Shown: positions 13,110 through 25,042, numbered from the whole stretch's first letter. The stretch: DNA of 59,918 bases, filler included, from Nemertoderma westbladi (GCA_032718475.1; 3 parts of 3 records of this genome joined end to end with filler, not necessarily neighbours in it), one strand, 5' to 3'. Numbers and translations: made by a program. Notes: generated by a model not told the origin, from the sequence alone.

Positions 13110-13139
13110 CAGCATGCCGATCCTAGTAGTAGTAGCAGA
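13110..13139 (+). mobile_element. Ultra-short 5'-truncated RTE insertion (3' tail only)
   Basis: CAGCATGCCGATCCTAGTAGTAG matches the RTE 3' end at 32321-32340; 16-bp TSD GTAGGTATAAAGCAGG at 13094-13109 and 13140-13155. Confidence 0.85.
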
Positions 13140-13440
13140 GTAGGTATAAAGCAGGTATTTCTGTATTTTAGTACCGGTACCGGCACTGGTACTGCTATAG
13201 GCCTACTGTGTAGCCTACCATTTAAATACGGTAATGGTAGGCCTACCGGTTGTGCTAATAAATTTTAAATAATTGATAGGCGAAACTGGATTGCAGGATT
13301 GTGGAAAATGTGGATATACCTTTCACATAATTTAGGCCTTACTGTATTAGTTTTATAATCAATAATGGATCATGAGTCATGACTACTGTCTGAGTATTGT
13401 TACGGATAGCGGCTCCACTACTTCCAACAGCACAGAAGGC

Positions 13441-14030
13441 CCGCCTCTGTAACCTGCCCCTTTCCCTCAATTAGTTAAATGATCGTTTATTGTTTTGGTT
13501 AGAAAATCCCGTCTCTGTAACCTGCTCCTTTCCCTCAATTAGTTAAATGATCGTTTATTGTTTTGGTTAGAAAATCCAGTCTCTGTAACCTGCTCCTTTC
13601 CCTGATTTGGTAAAAGTGACTGTTTATTGTTTTGGTTAGAAAATCCCGCCTCTGTAACCTGCTCCTTTCCCTCAATTAGTTTAAGTGATCGTTTATTGTT
13701 TTGGTTAGGAAATCCCGCCTCTGTAACCTGCTCCTTTCCCTCAATTGGTAATGTTATCGTTTATTGTTTTGGTTAGAAAATCCCGCCTCTGTAACCTGCT
13801 CCTTTCTCTCAATTGGTAATGTTATCGTTTATTGTTTTGGTTAGAAAATCCCGTCTCTGTAACCTGCTCCTTTCCCTCAATTAGTTAAATGATCGTTTAT
13901 TGTTTTGGTTAGAAAATCCCGTCTCTGTAACCTGCTCCTTTCCCTGATTTGGTAAAGTGACTGTTTATTGTTTTGGTTAGAAAACTCGGCCTTAACCTGC
14001 TCGTTTCCATCAATTGGTAATTGTTTTTGG
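13441..14030. repeat. 68-69-bp tandem repeat, about 8 copies
   Basis: Unit CTCTGTAACCTGCTCCTTTCCCTCAATTAGTTAAATGATCGTTTATTGTTTTGGTTAGAAAATCCCGT. Confidence 0.95.
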
Positions 14031-15159
14031 CTATAAAATGAGTGTTTTGCTACGTCATGTGGTAATCGATTATCGACAACAACCACAAACTATTAAATAT
14101 AGAGTCTTTTTACCACAGGCGCATATGGAAATCTATCTCATAGTCTATAAATCATGGAATCATGGAATGTTTTGGCACAGGCATAGTGAAATCAACTGTC
14201 TGACAGTCCAGAAATCAGCAGTCTGACAGTTTGAAGAAATACATACATAAAAAGTCATTAAAATGACAATAAAAGTCATTAAATGGACAACAAAAGTCAT
14301 TATGCATAATTCGTAAAAAAAAGTGACAAAAAAAGTCAAATAAATTGACATAAAAAATCACTGCCTTATTAAAACACGTAAAACACACCAACGTACCGAC
14401 AAAAAGGAGTACCGGTAATTCCTGATTCATGAAGAATGATTAAGGTACCGAAGGGAATACGTACAGTAGATAACTAATTAAATAAATAATATCGGTCAGG
14501 GGCAGAGGGGGGGGGGGGACTGGTATCTGGGTATTATTTAACATGAAAATATAAAAATATATAAAATTAGCACCAAATTATAGATTGTACAGTACACGTA
14601 AGTCGTAAATGTCATTTGGGGGGGGGGGGGGGGGGGGGTCTAACTACAGTACACCGACTAAGGTAAATCTGCACCAAATCAGTATGCGCAGTACCCACTC
14701 AACTCAACTCAACTCGGGATAGGCTCGGACCTATATTAGCAGATTCACCCAATGCACATAACTAATAATTTTTATAATTAATATTAAATAAATAGTAATG
14801 CAGAGGGGCAACTGGCAGGTATCTATAGCATTGCTAGTGGCGATACCAGCCAGTTGGGGGAGGGGGGAAAGAAGGGCTGTAGATAAGAGGATTGGGTAGG
14901 GCAGAGGAGGGGAGGGGGGGGGGGGTTCGTACACTGAAAGTCGTATTTTAAGTTTATTTTTATTTTTAATTGTATTGCTAGCTACATCGGTTCTTAGTAT
15001 GGTGACTTAGTTATGATGTCGTGTTATGGTGATCATCTGTATTGTAGTGAGGGGAGTGGGGCTGTGCTCGTATAATACTACTGGTATTTACGCTACTTTC
15101 TGACGAAGGGGTTGTACTTAAGATTTTATATTTTTAATTTTTAATATCCGGGTCATGCT

Positions 15160-15875
15160 TATAATTTAGTAAGAAGATAATTTTTGAAATTTTTTGAGAA
15201 GCTTAATTTAGATTTATTGTATTTTATAGAACTTGGGATTTTATTCCAAATAGAAGGGCCCTGAAAACTCAAAGATTGCTGGGTTGATGTTAGTCTGACT
15301 AGTGGTAGATGGTAGAATAGTTGTGGATAGAGGAGACCTTATTGAAACGAAGGGCGATAGTAGATGTAATAGATTTAGAATTAATTTCGTGCATAAATAT
15401 ACCTACTTGGTGCTTATATAGAGAGTCGAGAGGGAGAATGCCTAAAGATTTATATAGAGGAGCTGAAGAAGATTGATAATGGCTGAAAGTTATGCATCTA
15501 ATGAGCTTATTAATTTTAATACGTAGGGGTTTTAGAGTAGAATTATATGTACCTCCCCAAAGTAGAATACCATAGTGCAGATAGGGATGAATTAAAGAGA
15601 AATAGAGTAGACGGAGTATATGGAGAGGAAAAATATGACGGAGTTTATAGAATATGCCAGATATTTTTTTAATTATACTTCCAACATGTGATTTCCAGTT
15701 GAGTTGTTTATCTACCCAAATTCCGAGGAATTTTGTACTAACAGTCTGTTTTATAGGGCGATAATTTATTTGTATTAAAGGAGTTTCGGTAGATGTGTTT
15801 ATTGTATTAGAGAAGATTGTGTATTCAGTTTTAGTTAGATTAAGAGAGAGTCGGTTACTAACCACTAACTAACTA
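15160..15875 (-). mobile_element. 5'-truncated CR1/L2-group LINE, RT C-terminal region
   Basis: NRLSLNLTKTE, KFLGIWVDKQLNWKSHV, LYFSLIHPYLHYGILLWG; a shifted frame continues SLSFQGPSIWNKIP...FKNYLL-stop. Confidence 0.85.
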
Positions 15876-15879
15876 CCAA

Positions 15880-16105
15880 CCAGAGTCGAATTCGTTCACG
15901 TGTACGCCTGTACGTGTTCGCTTGGCTTAACTTTTGTTTAATTTTAACGGAGAATGCATGAATGTGGTCGGTAATTGTAGCGTGTATGTCTTTATAATGT
16001 GCCCCTATAGGTTCCTTACGATCTCTATTCCTTATCGAATTCTTATGTCGCCCAATCCTGTCACGCAGTCCCCCGACGCTTTCACCAATATAATAACGGG
16101 TAGTT
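15880..16105 (-). pseudogene. GIY-YIG endonuclease fragment, Penelope-like
   Basis: YIGES...LRDRIGRH...IGAHY...RRTRE pattern typical of Penelope-like element GIY-YIG domains; the N-terminal GIY part is missing. Confidence 0.65.
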
Positions 16106-16544
16106 GCAGAGTTGTGCGCTAAACCGCGCGGTTTACCGCAGCCCATATAAACAATGTTAAAACAATTAATGTAATTTCCTGTTGAATTCACAGTCCACAG
16201 ATAGACAATCAGTTACCGCGACGGTACCGTTGGGTGTGAACGGGCTCCGGGTAGTGTACCGTGTACCGCAGGCTTACCGCTTCAGTACCGCCAGACTACT
16301 TTACCGTCACGCACCGTTGGATGTGAACGGGGCTTAACTGATTAATTTAGTACAATAGTATCTGTGTAAATTATTTCAATAAAGAAATAATTTAAGTGAT
16401 TAATGTAATAGTGGTTCCGCAATACTTCTAGTTTTGGGCACAAGCGCTTTTAAAAATGACGTTTTAAACATTATTATAATTATTGCATCAAGAAACTCAT
16501 TGCTAATATCATTAGCACTTACAGCTGTTAATTAATCGTAGGTT

Positions 16545-17206
16545 CTAACTACATTTATCACCGTTTGTGGTCTGAATAGTTTGTTTGACCGATTCCACAC
16601 AATCTAATAACTCCTCTCTCGTCATATCAAAGTTGGCCTTCTTCCATCTTTCTCTTAATCCCGTTAATAACGGACCCAATTCCTTACGATGATTGACAGC
16701 TGATATATCCATGAGATCGACACCAGAAACGGGCAATTTAGGGACTTTCCATGCCGCAAACTCTTCTAAAATATCAGTTTCTCTCCTGGACAGTAAAAGT
16801 TCTTTGCAATGAAATATGGATTCAGCAGTATCCGAGGGTCTATTATCCACAACGTAATCCTGCAATGCCTTGAGACTGTTCCTATCAATGTTCTTAGCGG
16901 CTACGACCATAAAGATACCAAGTTTCAACGCTTTATTAGGGAATTTAACTCTATTGTACATTCGAGTTATATCAGACTTATCGCTACACAAACTAGATAG
17001 AATAGTCATAGGGTGCGGCGTGTTAGCCGAGGTTGTAGCATTGTTGTAGGCCGTCTCCATGGCAACCAGGTTGGGGTCGGGAGGTAGACCCACGTGTGTC
17101 GCCACTCCGAGATCGTATATTAACCGGAGTATATGCGGAGCCATCCTCCCGTTAGCAATCCGGTGTATCTCCACCCATATCCGTTCCCCACTAATCGCAT
17201 CCAATC
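16545..17206 (-). CDS. TRNT1: CCA tRNA nucleotidyltransferase, exon 2
   Basis: Acceptor TTTTTTTCCAG ends at 17207; splicing gives NAAG-LDAISGERIWVEI; C-terminal PVSGVDL...GPLL..LRERW...F...REELL as in TRNT1. Confidence 0.92.
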
Positions 17207-18323
17207 CTGGAAAAAAAATAGAATCCGTTATGAAAAAACATAATTAATTAGGTACCGGTAATAAAAGTAATAATATCATGATAAAATAAAGTATTTAAAT
17301 TAATAAATATATTAATTAATTAAATAACGATTATGGTGCAAAATAAAACTATATTATTATGTAATAAATATTAATAATTTATTTTATAATTTCAATTGCT
17401 ATAGTTTTTTACTCTTCTTTTATTTTTTATTCATTAAATACCGTTAAAGTTTATTTAAATTGAAGTTGAATTATATATTTGTGTGTGGGGGGGGGGGGGG
17501 GGGGGGGGAGGGGGATTAAATCAATATAAAATATAAAATCTTCCAAGAACCCAATTATAGCCCTAAAACTACTAGGCTAAGGCCGGGTTGCACACGTTGA
17601 CTTAAGTTAAGTGTCTATTTTTTACTTAAGTTGCAACTTAGTTAAGTAGGCACTTAGACTTAAGTAAAATTGCGTTGCTCATTCTAAAGTTAAGTTTTCT
17701 TAACTAAGTGGTACTTAAGTTAAAAAATCAGAACGGTACTAGTTCGCCATGTCGACACCGCCATGCAATTGCTTTCCACTGGCTATAAAGTGTCTTTGAT
17801 TTTTAAATATTTCGTTCTAGAATATAGACTACATTCATCCAATATAATTTTTTATGGTAGCTACTATTTTTCAAAATACTACCTAGCTATTTAAAAAAGA
17901 ATTCTATATAATATATTTACGTTACATATTTTTACTTATTCTAGAATATTTTGACTTTCCAAGTAAAGTGTTGTATTCCAAATAAAATTACAAGACAATA
18001 TAATTAAAAAAAAAATTTACTAGCTAACAAAAACTAGCTATATGAATTACTCAGAATAACCACAGTAGTGTTGCAACGCTGGAAAGAGCCAGGCTAACAG
18101 TGCAAGGAATTGCTTAACGTTGCATAGCAACATAACAACAATAACAATGATTATATAAAAACGAGGAATTAATAATGACATTATGTAGTTAGTTGCTTTA
18201 GTTACACAAGAACCCAGTTCTCTGGAATCTCTTTTCTTTAAAGTATTATTTGAATGCACCATCTATCATACAACAAACATTTTTAGCAAGCCCTCCACCC
18301 CCCCCCCCCTTAATTTTTTGAAA

Positions 18324-19158
18324 ATGGCCCCTGCAGCGAAAGAAGCTAAAACTAGGGAAACTAATTGGACTGACAAGGATTGCTGCACTCTGGTCGAGTT
18401 GTATGAACCTCACCATACTCATCTCATTGCCAGTTTCGACAAATCTAGAGGAATAAATGCAGATTCAAAATCTAAGAAGTGGGAAGCTACATATCTTGGA
18501 GTCATACTTAAGGTCAAATCCCGATGTAAAACGGAGTCTCGATGGGCTCGAGAAGAAGCTAAACAATCTGAAAGATTCCATGAAAGTTTACGCACGCGCA
18601 GCAAAATACCATGAGACTGGCGGCGGACCAGAGCCTAAAACTCCGAAAGTTTTCATCCTGAAACTGTACGATATTGTTCATGGGTCCAAAGGGCAAATCC
18701 TGAAAGGAATACAGTCGGGTGCAGAAAGTGGCGCATCGGGTGCAGCTATCCCGGTCACGGTTAGTCAGGGTAATGACCAACCAGACCATGAAGAGGACGG
18801 CCAGATCCTGATGGACTTGGGCCAGAGCCTGAAGTCGCCAGGGGGCTACTTTAAACAGGCTTCCACTCCTCGAAACCCAGACTACTCTTCTCATCCGCAA
18901 AAAAAAGGGTCCCGCTCTCAGGACACATTGATTTCACCATTGGAGGCGCAGAACCTGCTGATCGCGGAGAATCGCCAGTTGATCCGAGAGAACCGCTATC
19001 TTATCTATCTGAAGACAATTAAGACAAAAGCAGACGTTTCGGCTCTTACTGGTCTGCTGCCTCCCCCGGCTCCTAATGGCATGGTGGATGCAGCTGCGGA
19101 TATTTTGTTTCTGGAGACTATTTGTGAATATGAAAACAGTGCAAATAATATACAGTAG
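18324..19158 (+). pseudogene. Harbinger Myb/SANT-like DNA-binding protein with one frameshift near 18485
   Basis: RETNWTDKDCCTLVELY...KSKKWE, then other frame RSLDGLEKKLNNLK...ETGGG, the typical Myb-like pattern of Harbinger ORF2. Confidence 0.8.
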
Positions 19159-19282
19159 TACTGTATAATATGAATGTTTAATATTGTGCAATTCATCATA
19201 TTCATTATGTAATCTACAGTAGTCTAAAGTACAGTACAATGGTGTGCTAGTTTGATATATAATTTGGAAACAATATCCTTTT

Positions 19283-20308
19283 TTATCCAAAATACTTCTG
19301 AATAAAATGTGCACGATACGTTTGACCATTTTGTGAACCAGAATAATCTTCACTGTTATCTAATTCTTCCACGTCCTCGTCTTCCTCAAACTGTTCACCC
19401 CTTATTTTGGCAATATTGTGCAATACGAAACAAGCCGAAATTACGCGGCAGACTCGAACTGGCTGCATTCTAATTTCGCCATGCAAGCAATGGAACTTTC
19501 TCTTTAACTGTCCAAATGCCCTTTCAACTGTATTGCGTGTCTTGATTTGCGCCCGGTTGTATTTAATTTCCGCTTTAGTCTTTGGGTTGAGAAGCGGAGT
19601 TAAAAGAAGAGGTGTACACGGATAGCCACTATCGCCTAAAATGAGTTCCTTTCGTTTTCCCTGATCGTACTCCATTCCAAGTGAGCTATTGGACCAAATA
19701 CGGGCGTCATGGGCACTTCCTGGCCAGTCAGCGACCATGTTCAAAAATTGACACTTTGCATCACAAATTGCTTGAACGTTAATGCTACTGTACCCTTTTC
19801 TGTTAATGTAGTATGGCGCTTGATCGCCGTAAGGAGCTGGAATCTTCACATGCGTTGCGTCGATGGCGCCAGTAACTCCAGGGAAACCAGCAATTTCAAA
19901 GAATTCCGCTTGAACCTTTTGAATTTCGATGGGTGTAGAAGGGAATTTCACAAACTGGTCTAAATTTCGGGTGAGGGCGATTGAAACATCCCGAACGGCT
20001 CGACTAGCGGATTTCTTCTTATGAATTGTCAAACTGTCTCCAGCTAGATTCAGGAAGCTCCCAGTTGCGTAAAATCGTAGGGCCACTGCCAGCTTCAACT
20101 CAACAGTCAGGCCTTTATTCCCAGCTTGGATTCTTTCGAGATCAGGACGAATCACATCGCAGATATACCGAAAATTGTCCTTGCAGAACCGGAATCGGTC
20201 ATAAAATTCTGTTTCATTGTACAGTTCGTAAATGTTTGGCCGCGTTGGGTACGATTTCCTATTCTGAGGGCGACGGCTTGGTAAATATAATATTGGTAAC
20301 ACTGACAT
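19283..20308 (-). CDS. Harbinger (HARBI1-like) DDE transposase
   Basis: FYDRFRF, ALRFYATG, GAIDATH, WPGSAHD, LGDSGY, RNTVERAFG; uninterrupted ORF; first ATG at 20308 (open frame extends to 20356). Confidence 0.95.
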   Translation of the reverse strand: MSVLPILYLPSRRPQNRKSYPTRPNIYELYNETEFYDRFRFCKDNFRYICDVIRPDLERIQAGNKGLTVELKLAVALRFYATGSFLNLAGDSLTIHKKKSASRAVRDVSIALTRNLDQFVKFPSTPIEIQKVQAEFFEIAGFPGVTGAIDATHVKIPAPYGDQAPYYINRKGYSSINVQAICDAKCQFLNMVADWPGSAHDARIWSNSSLGMEYDQGKRKELILGDSGYPCTPLLLTPLLNPKTKAEIKYNRAQIKTRNTVERAFGQLKRKFHCLHGEIRMQPVRVCRVISACFVLHNIAKIRGEQFEEDEDVEELDNSEDYSGSQNGQTYRAHFIQKYFG

Positions 20309-20583
20309 TTCCGCATATAATAAATAATTGTAATAAATAGCTAATAATAAATTCACTAAGATTCGTTTTTGGCAGACTTAAAAATAGACACTTATCTCTA
20401 AATTTTAAGTATCTACATAAGTTAAGAAAATTGTTGTGCAACGCAATACCAATTTTTCTCGTACTTAAACTTAATTTAAGTTTTCTACTTAACTTAAGTC
20501 AACGTGTGCAACCCGGCCTATATGTCTATTTGTTCTGTTATAGAAAAAAATAAAAAAATAAATCAAATATACAAGGTGGCAAC

Positions 20584-21379
20584 CTGCGGCGTTTTGACGA
20601 ATCGCCTCCAACGCGTCGCTGTCATGGTAACCCGGCCCGATTGCGAGTCGTCCGTAGAACCGGAAGTAGCGAAGGATCCGGAGGTAATCCTCACGAATCC
20701 GCGTTCCGGGATCCCCTACGAACGCGATCCTACGCAACTCCACATCCTCCCGACCCCCAAAGTAATCGTATAGGTTGCCATGGAGATCGAGGAACATGGA
20801 GTTGACCGTGAGGTCCCGTCGAGCGGCGTCCTCCCGCCAGTCCTCGGTGAACTGGACGACGGCGTGGCGTCCGTCCGTTACTCGATCCAGTCGGAGAGTC
20901 GTCAACTCGAAGTTCCGTTCGTGCGTTCGCACTGCCACGGTGCCGTGGCTCTCCCCTTTACGGTTCAACACGCGCACTTCCGCGTCACGGAATATCGCGA
21001 GCATCTGTTCGGGGGTCGCGGTAGTAGCGAAGTCAACGTCGTCCGGACGTTGACGCAGTAGTAGGTCCCGTACCGCGCCCCCGGCGATACGTAGCTCGTA
21101 GCCCCGGTCGGCGAACAGGGACTGTAGATGGAGCACTCCCGGGGTGAGTAACGACGTAAAGTCCGCGTTGTGTTCCATCGAAACGTCGGTGACTAGACCG
21201 TTGGTGTCAAAGACTTCGGGTGTCGCCATTCGAGTATATAAAGGGTTCCGCAAACCTGAAGTTGTTCCAATGAAGAACCGACGCGTGTTACTCCAATATA
21301 TTCCTGCACCAGCTGCGACAGGATGGTGGTAACGTGATTTTGTAAAAGTACAACTAACTTTGCGAATGAAACTTATCAT
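20584..21379 (-). CDS. TRNT1: CCA tRNA nucleotidyltransferase, exon 1
   Basis: GGAVRDLL, DVDFAT, ELTTLR, RRDLTVN, EDYLRILRYFRF; donor CAG|GTTGCC at 20584/20583; ATGs at 21379 and 21229. Confidence 0.93.
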
Positions 21380-22145
21380 TTGTTTGTCAGTTTGATTTAC
21401 ACTTCTTCTGTTCTGCACTTTACATTTTTAGTCAATCTGTTAATTTCTATATTGCATGTTTTCAGAAATGTATTGAATGGTACATTGAAAACGTTGAATA
21501 GTACAAGTACAGAAGTAGTATGTAGTAATGCAGTAATGTAGTGCACAGTGCTAGTGCGAAGAGCAGAAGAGTCATTAAAACATCCTAATTCCAGCATTCC
21601 CATTTCACTGGCCAACCAATCAAAGGGCACATTGCTTGAATTACTTGCTTAGAGATGTGGGCGAGCCAAGTATATAAATGTTCTTAAATATTTATCACAT
21701 ATATTCCAAATGAGGTGGGTTGTTTCAGTTTCACCATATGGCATATGGGGGCGTTATAGTCAGGTGGCTTAGGGAAAAAATCACGACAAAGTTGAGGAAA
21801 GCACCATTTTTTCACAATATGTAAACTATACGTAGAATCCATTTCAAAGGATATCCAAAGCTGTAGTTGAGTGGATGACATGGATATCGATGGGTTGAGT
21901 GAACTTAAAATTATAATTTTTTCTTACAGTAAACAATTTTTGGAAATGACGTACAACATGGACATACGAATTAAAATTTTTTTATATTTAACTCGTACTG
22001 TAGATGACATTGCCGAACTGTGTTTAAGTATTTGAAGTACGACATTAAAACACTGTTTTATAGTTTTTTTTATTGATAGTAACAATGTGTTGGCAAGCTG
22101 TATTTTTCGAGGTGTTTGTTATTATACATTTTTATAGGAAGGGAT

Positions 22146-22245
22146 NNNNNNNNNNNNNNNNNNNNNNNNNNNNNNNNNNNNNNNNNNNNTTAATTAATTA
22201 ANNNNNNNNNNNNNNNNNNNNNNNNNNNNNNNNNNNNNNNNNNNN
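22146..22245. other. Assembly gap with six-frame-stop linker
   Basis: N44-TTAATTAATTAA-N44. Confidence 0.97.
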
Positions 22246-22488
22246 GCGGCTGTCTTGAAACGAGCTCTCAAAGCCGTTAGACCTCTCTCCCCGGACGTTG
22301 ATGTCAATCAACCCGGTACTTCGACCGGCGGATATACCGATCGCAATCCCATACCTTCTGATGCAATCATATTGCACCCTTCACCCAGGAGTTATAGCCC
22401 TCCTCGTAAAGTGGCTCGCCCCAAAGAGAAAAGGACTCTTGCTAGCTTTAAAAAACTGCGTAAACGCCGTCCGCGCAAGAAAGACTAA
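22246..22488 (+). CDS. C-terminal part of LTR-element ORF2 homologue (basic tail), 5' part lost in the gap
   Basis: QPGTSTGGYTDRNP...DAIILHPSPRSYSPP matches the 26560-26670 translation; ends KKLRKRRPRKKD. Confidence 0.6.
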   Translation, partial: AAVLKRALKAVRPLSPDVDVNQPGTSTGGYTDRNPIPSDAIILHPSPRSYSPPRKVARPKEKRTLASFKKLRKRRPRKKD

Positions 22489-22566
22489 TTGTTTAGAGTA
22501 TTTTTATATTTTAGAAACTGTGATTTTGTATATTTTATAGACTTAAATCCCATTTTCTGGGAGCGG

Positions 22567-23825
22567 TGTAAAAGCTTCTGTGGGATATAACTGGCCCCTT
22601 TTGCTTCGCAATCCAGTTTCTCCCCAGGCGCTGGAATACTCTAAAAGGGTTCTCTAACTCTATATATATTCCCCTCGCCCGCAAGGTACCGTTACAGGTG
22701 TTTTAACGGACATAAAAGTCATTCTGCTATATACGTGTTTTGGCGGACATGGTAAGGCAAAAAACCTGTAATGCACCAACTACCTTTCACAGCTTAGCCG
22801 TGATGATTCATATTACGACATCTAACAGCTGGTTGCTGACATGGAAACAGCCATTGGACGCATAGTTCTTTGTTTGGCTTGAGCCAATCAGAGCGATTTT
22901 TCCTGTCGACGTGTAGCTTTTCAGCCGATCATAAGGAGAGTGTTCAGTCTTACTGCTTTACTTGATACTTTGTTGTTATTGCTGTCTAAGCCAGAAACAC
23001 CGGCCTTTTGGGAAGAACTCTAGTAAACTGCTTAAATTATCGAAAGTATAAACTGTTACCTACTTAACGAATCGAATCTCAACTCAATAACTCACTAATT
23101 AACATGCTCACTTAATTTAATTGCATTAATCATATTGTTTGTACTGTTATTTTACCGTCAGTTATTAATTGTACCTATTTGTTGATGGAAATATTGCTCT
23201 TTGGATAATACGGATAAATCACCCAAATTCCCAATTTTCTTGATACACTACAGGTTAGAGAGACCGGCTATACATAACAATTGCGATTTATATTAATGTG
23301 GTGTGTATTGAATCCAATGTTATTTAGCAGACCCTACGTGAGTCAATTGCTGCTCTCTTTATGTGTGATCAAATATACTGACGGTCGGCAGAATAGTGTG
23401 TATGATTGTGATTGGTAACAAAGTATTTCCTAAAGAATACGCTTTATACTTCAATCATAAGCAGTATCGTTGCGTTTTAGTATAAGTCTTAGTTCTGTTT
23501 AAATAGATAAAGCGCCACGTCCTAAAGGAACTGTTAATATTTCCCGAAAGCCAATAATATCTGTCAGAGATTAATTATTAACGATCTATCGAATAATACA
23601 GTAGGTATACACTGCAACCTTACACTGCAATAATAAAATTTAAGCATCCGAATTCAGCCTCCCGGGTGTAGATCCATCGGGTGAATGATCGCGCATGGGC
23701 TGTCTTCGGCTAATGTTTTGCGTATTAGCATAAAATATTGTCGTATGCTAAAGTGGTTTTAATTAACTAAAAGACATATAAATTTTGGCAGGTTAAACTG
23801 CTAAAGGTCTTCAAAAGCGCGAACA
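22567..23825 (+). mobile_element. 3' LTR (about 1.26 kb), BEL/Pao-like
   Basis: Purine-rich GGGAGCGG immediately before TGTAAA; ends GCGAACA; CCAAT box at 22884; 3' part homologous to 1-268 and 26850-27404. Confidence 0.6.
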
Positions 23826-24149
23826 ACCCGTATCCGAATCCGTAATCTAAGTTTTGAAGCTGAATAAAACATCAATAAGCTACTGGATTTCTACCACCTG
23901 GCAGTTTTAGCTAGAAAATATGTTTTATTTGTATAGCTAACAACTGTATAGTTTGGGAAAAATAATTATTATTCTGGAATAATTAACTTGTCATGAATCA
24001 ATTTCCACATTAAGATATCAAATAATGTATTCTTAACACAACACAAAAACACACTAAATAAATATTAGCTACACAATTTATTTTAGTTACTAAGAGATTT
24101 ATTTTGTATAGTAACCAATGAACATTTACTGCTGCACTAGTGACGTCAC

Positions 24150-24334
24150 TAGTGCAGTTTTCTGAAACGGCCTGATTTTTCGATGTTGCTAATTTTGCGT
24201 TTTAAAATCGCTATAACTCGGCCAATATTAATTTTTTTTAAGTAAAATTGCTTTCTGGGGTTATTTCACATGCTCTTTCACATGAAACCAACGAAAACTC
24301 GAAAAAAAATTTCCGAGTCGTCTACCCCATTGTG
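24150..24334 (-). mobile_element. DNA transposon terminus starting CACAATG (Transib-like?)
   Basis: Reverse strand begins CACAATGGGGTAGACGACTCGG; partner end not found. Confidence 0.35.
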
Positions 24335-24864
24335 AATAGTAAACCCCTCCGCTTACCTCAATGATCATGAAAACCAAGAGATTCTGTCTGTCGCAGTGTC
24401 GTTGGTAACCTCGGCTTTTGGTATCGCTACTGCGCTAGCTCTACAGGCAAACTGGACTAACCGATGATCAAGACCCGAGGACTGAAGAATGCATTGAATT
24501 TTTTTAGAGTAGTTTGACTGTGGACTTCTATGACATCGATGCCAAACTGCCAATGCGAAAGTTTTTTTTAAAGTAAAAGTTTGGTTAAATTTTCGTAATT
24601 ATTTATTTAAATTTCTTAAGTACCGATTTTAGGATAGAATTGCTCAATTTTAATCTGTGCCTATCTAATAACTGACCCTCATCCTGCGCAATGGCCCCAC
24701 GAACGTGTATGATTTGTATTACGAATGTAGATTTGTGTGTATAAATGTGAATGTTACTACTAAAGTGTGTTTACAGTAGTGAGCCAAATTGTAAAAATCA
24801 CCCTGTACCTGCAATAATTGTCTCTAATATATGAGCCCTTGAAACGGATAGCTTAGAGTGACGC

Positions 24865-25000
24865 GCGCTGGTTGTTGTTGTCGATGTGTAACTACTATGT
24901 TGGCGATGGGCATAGCGACAACAGTATACCAGCGCTGAGGACCTCTGGCTGTCCGGAGGGCCTAGTTAGGAGATTAGGCAGCGATGCCCGCTGGCCTTCT
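24865..25000 (+). promoter_or_regulatory. Strongly folded leader upstream of ORF1
   Basis: 19-bp stem 24865-24883/24916-24935 plus three further hairpins; G-U wobbles favour the + strand. Confidence 0.5.
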
Positions 25001-25042
25001 TATTATAACTCTATACATTGATAAACTCTCACTTATACGATA

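Larger units (their letters stand above)
12609..16334. mobile_element. Non-autonomous PIF/Harbinger-type element carrying nested repeats
   Basis: TIR AGGCCCGTTCACATCCAACGG / CCGTTGGATGTGAACGGGGCT; TAA TSD at 12606-12608 and 16335-16337; ACCGC-type subterminal motifs at both ends. Confidence 0.7.
17581..20518. mobile_element. PIF/Harbinger transposon in the TRNT1 intron
   Basis: Perfect TIR GGCCGGGTTGCACACGTTGACTTAAGTTAAGT; flanks TAA / TAT (imperfect 3-bp TSD); ACTTAAGT subterminal palindromes; two convergent ORFs. Confidence 0.95.

Noticed and set aside
22190-22201. TTAATTAATTAA palindrome (also 47834-47845)
   Set aside because: Centred in identical 100-bp N gaps; artificial scaffolding linker. 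Adjacency across these gaps is uncertain.
22567-22696. Short 130-bp LTR (TGTAA...TTACA), with a partner at about 24641-24775 followed by a PBS-like TAGTGAGCCA
   Set aside because: Similarity between the two is weak, and both ORF2 copies are followed by the longer repeat ending GCGAACA; kept only as an alternative boundary.
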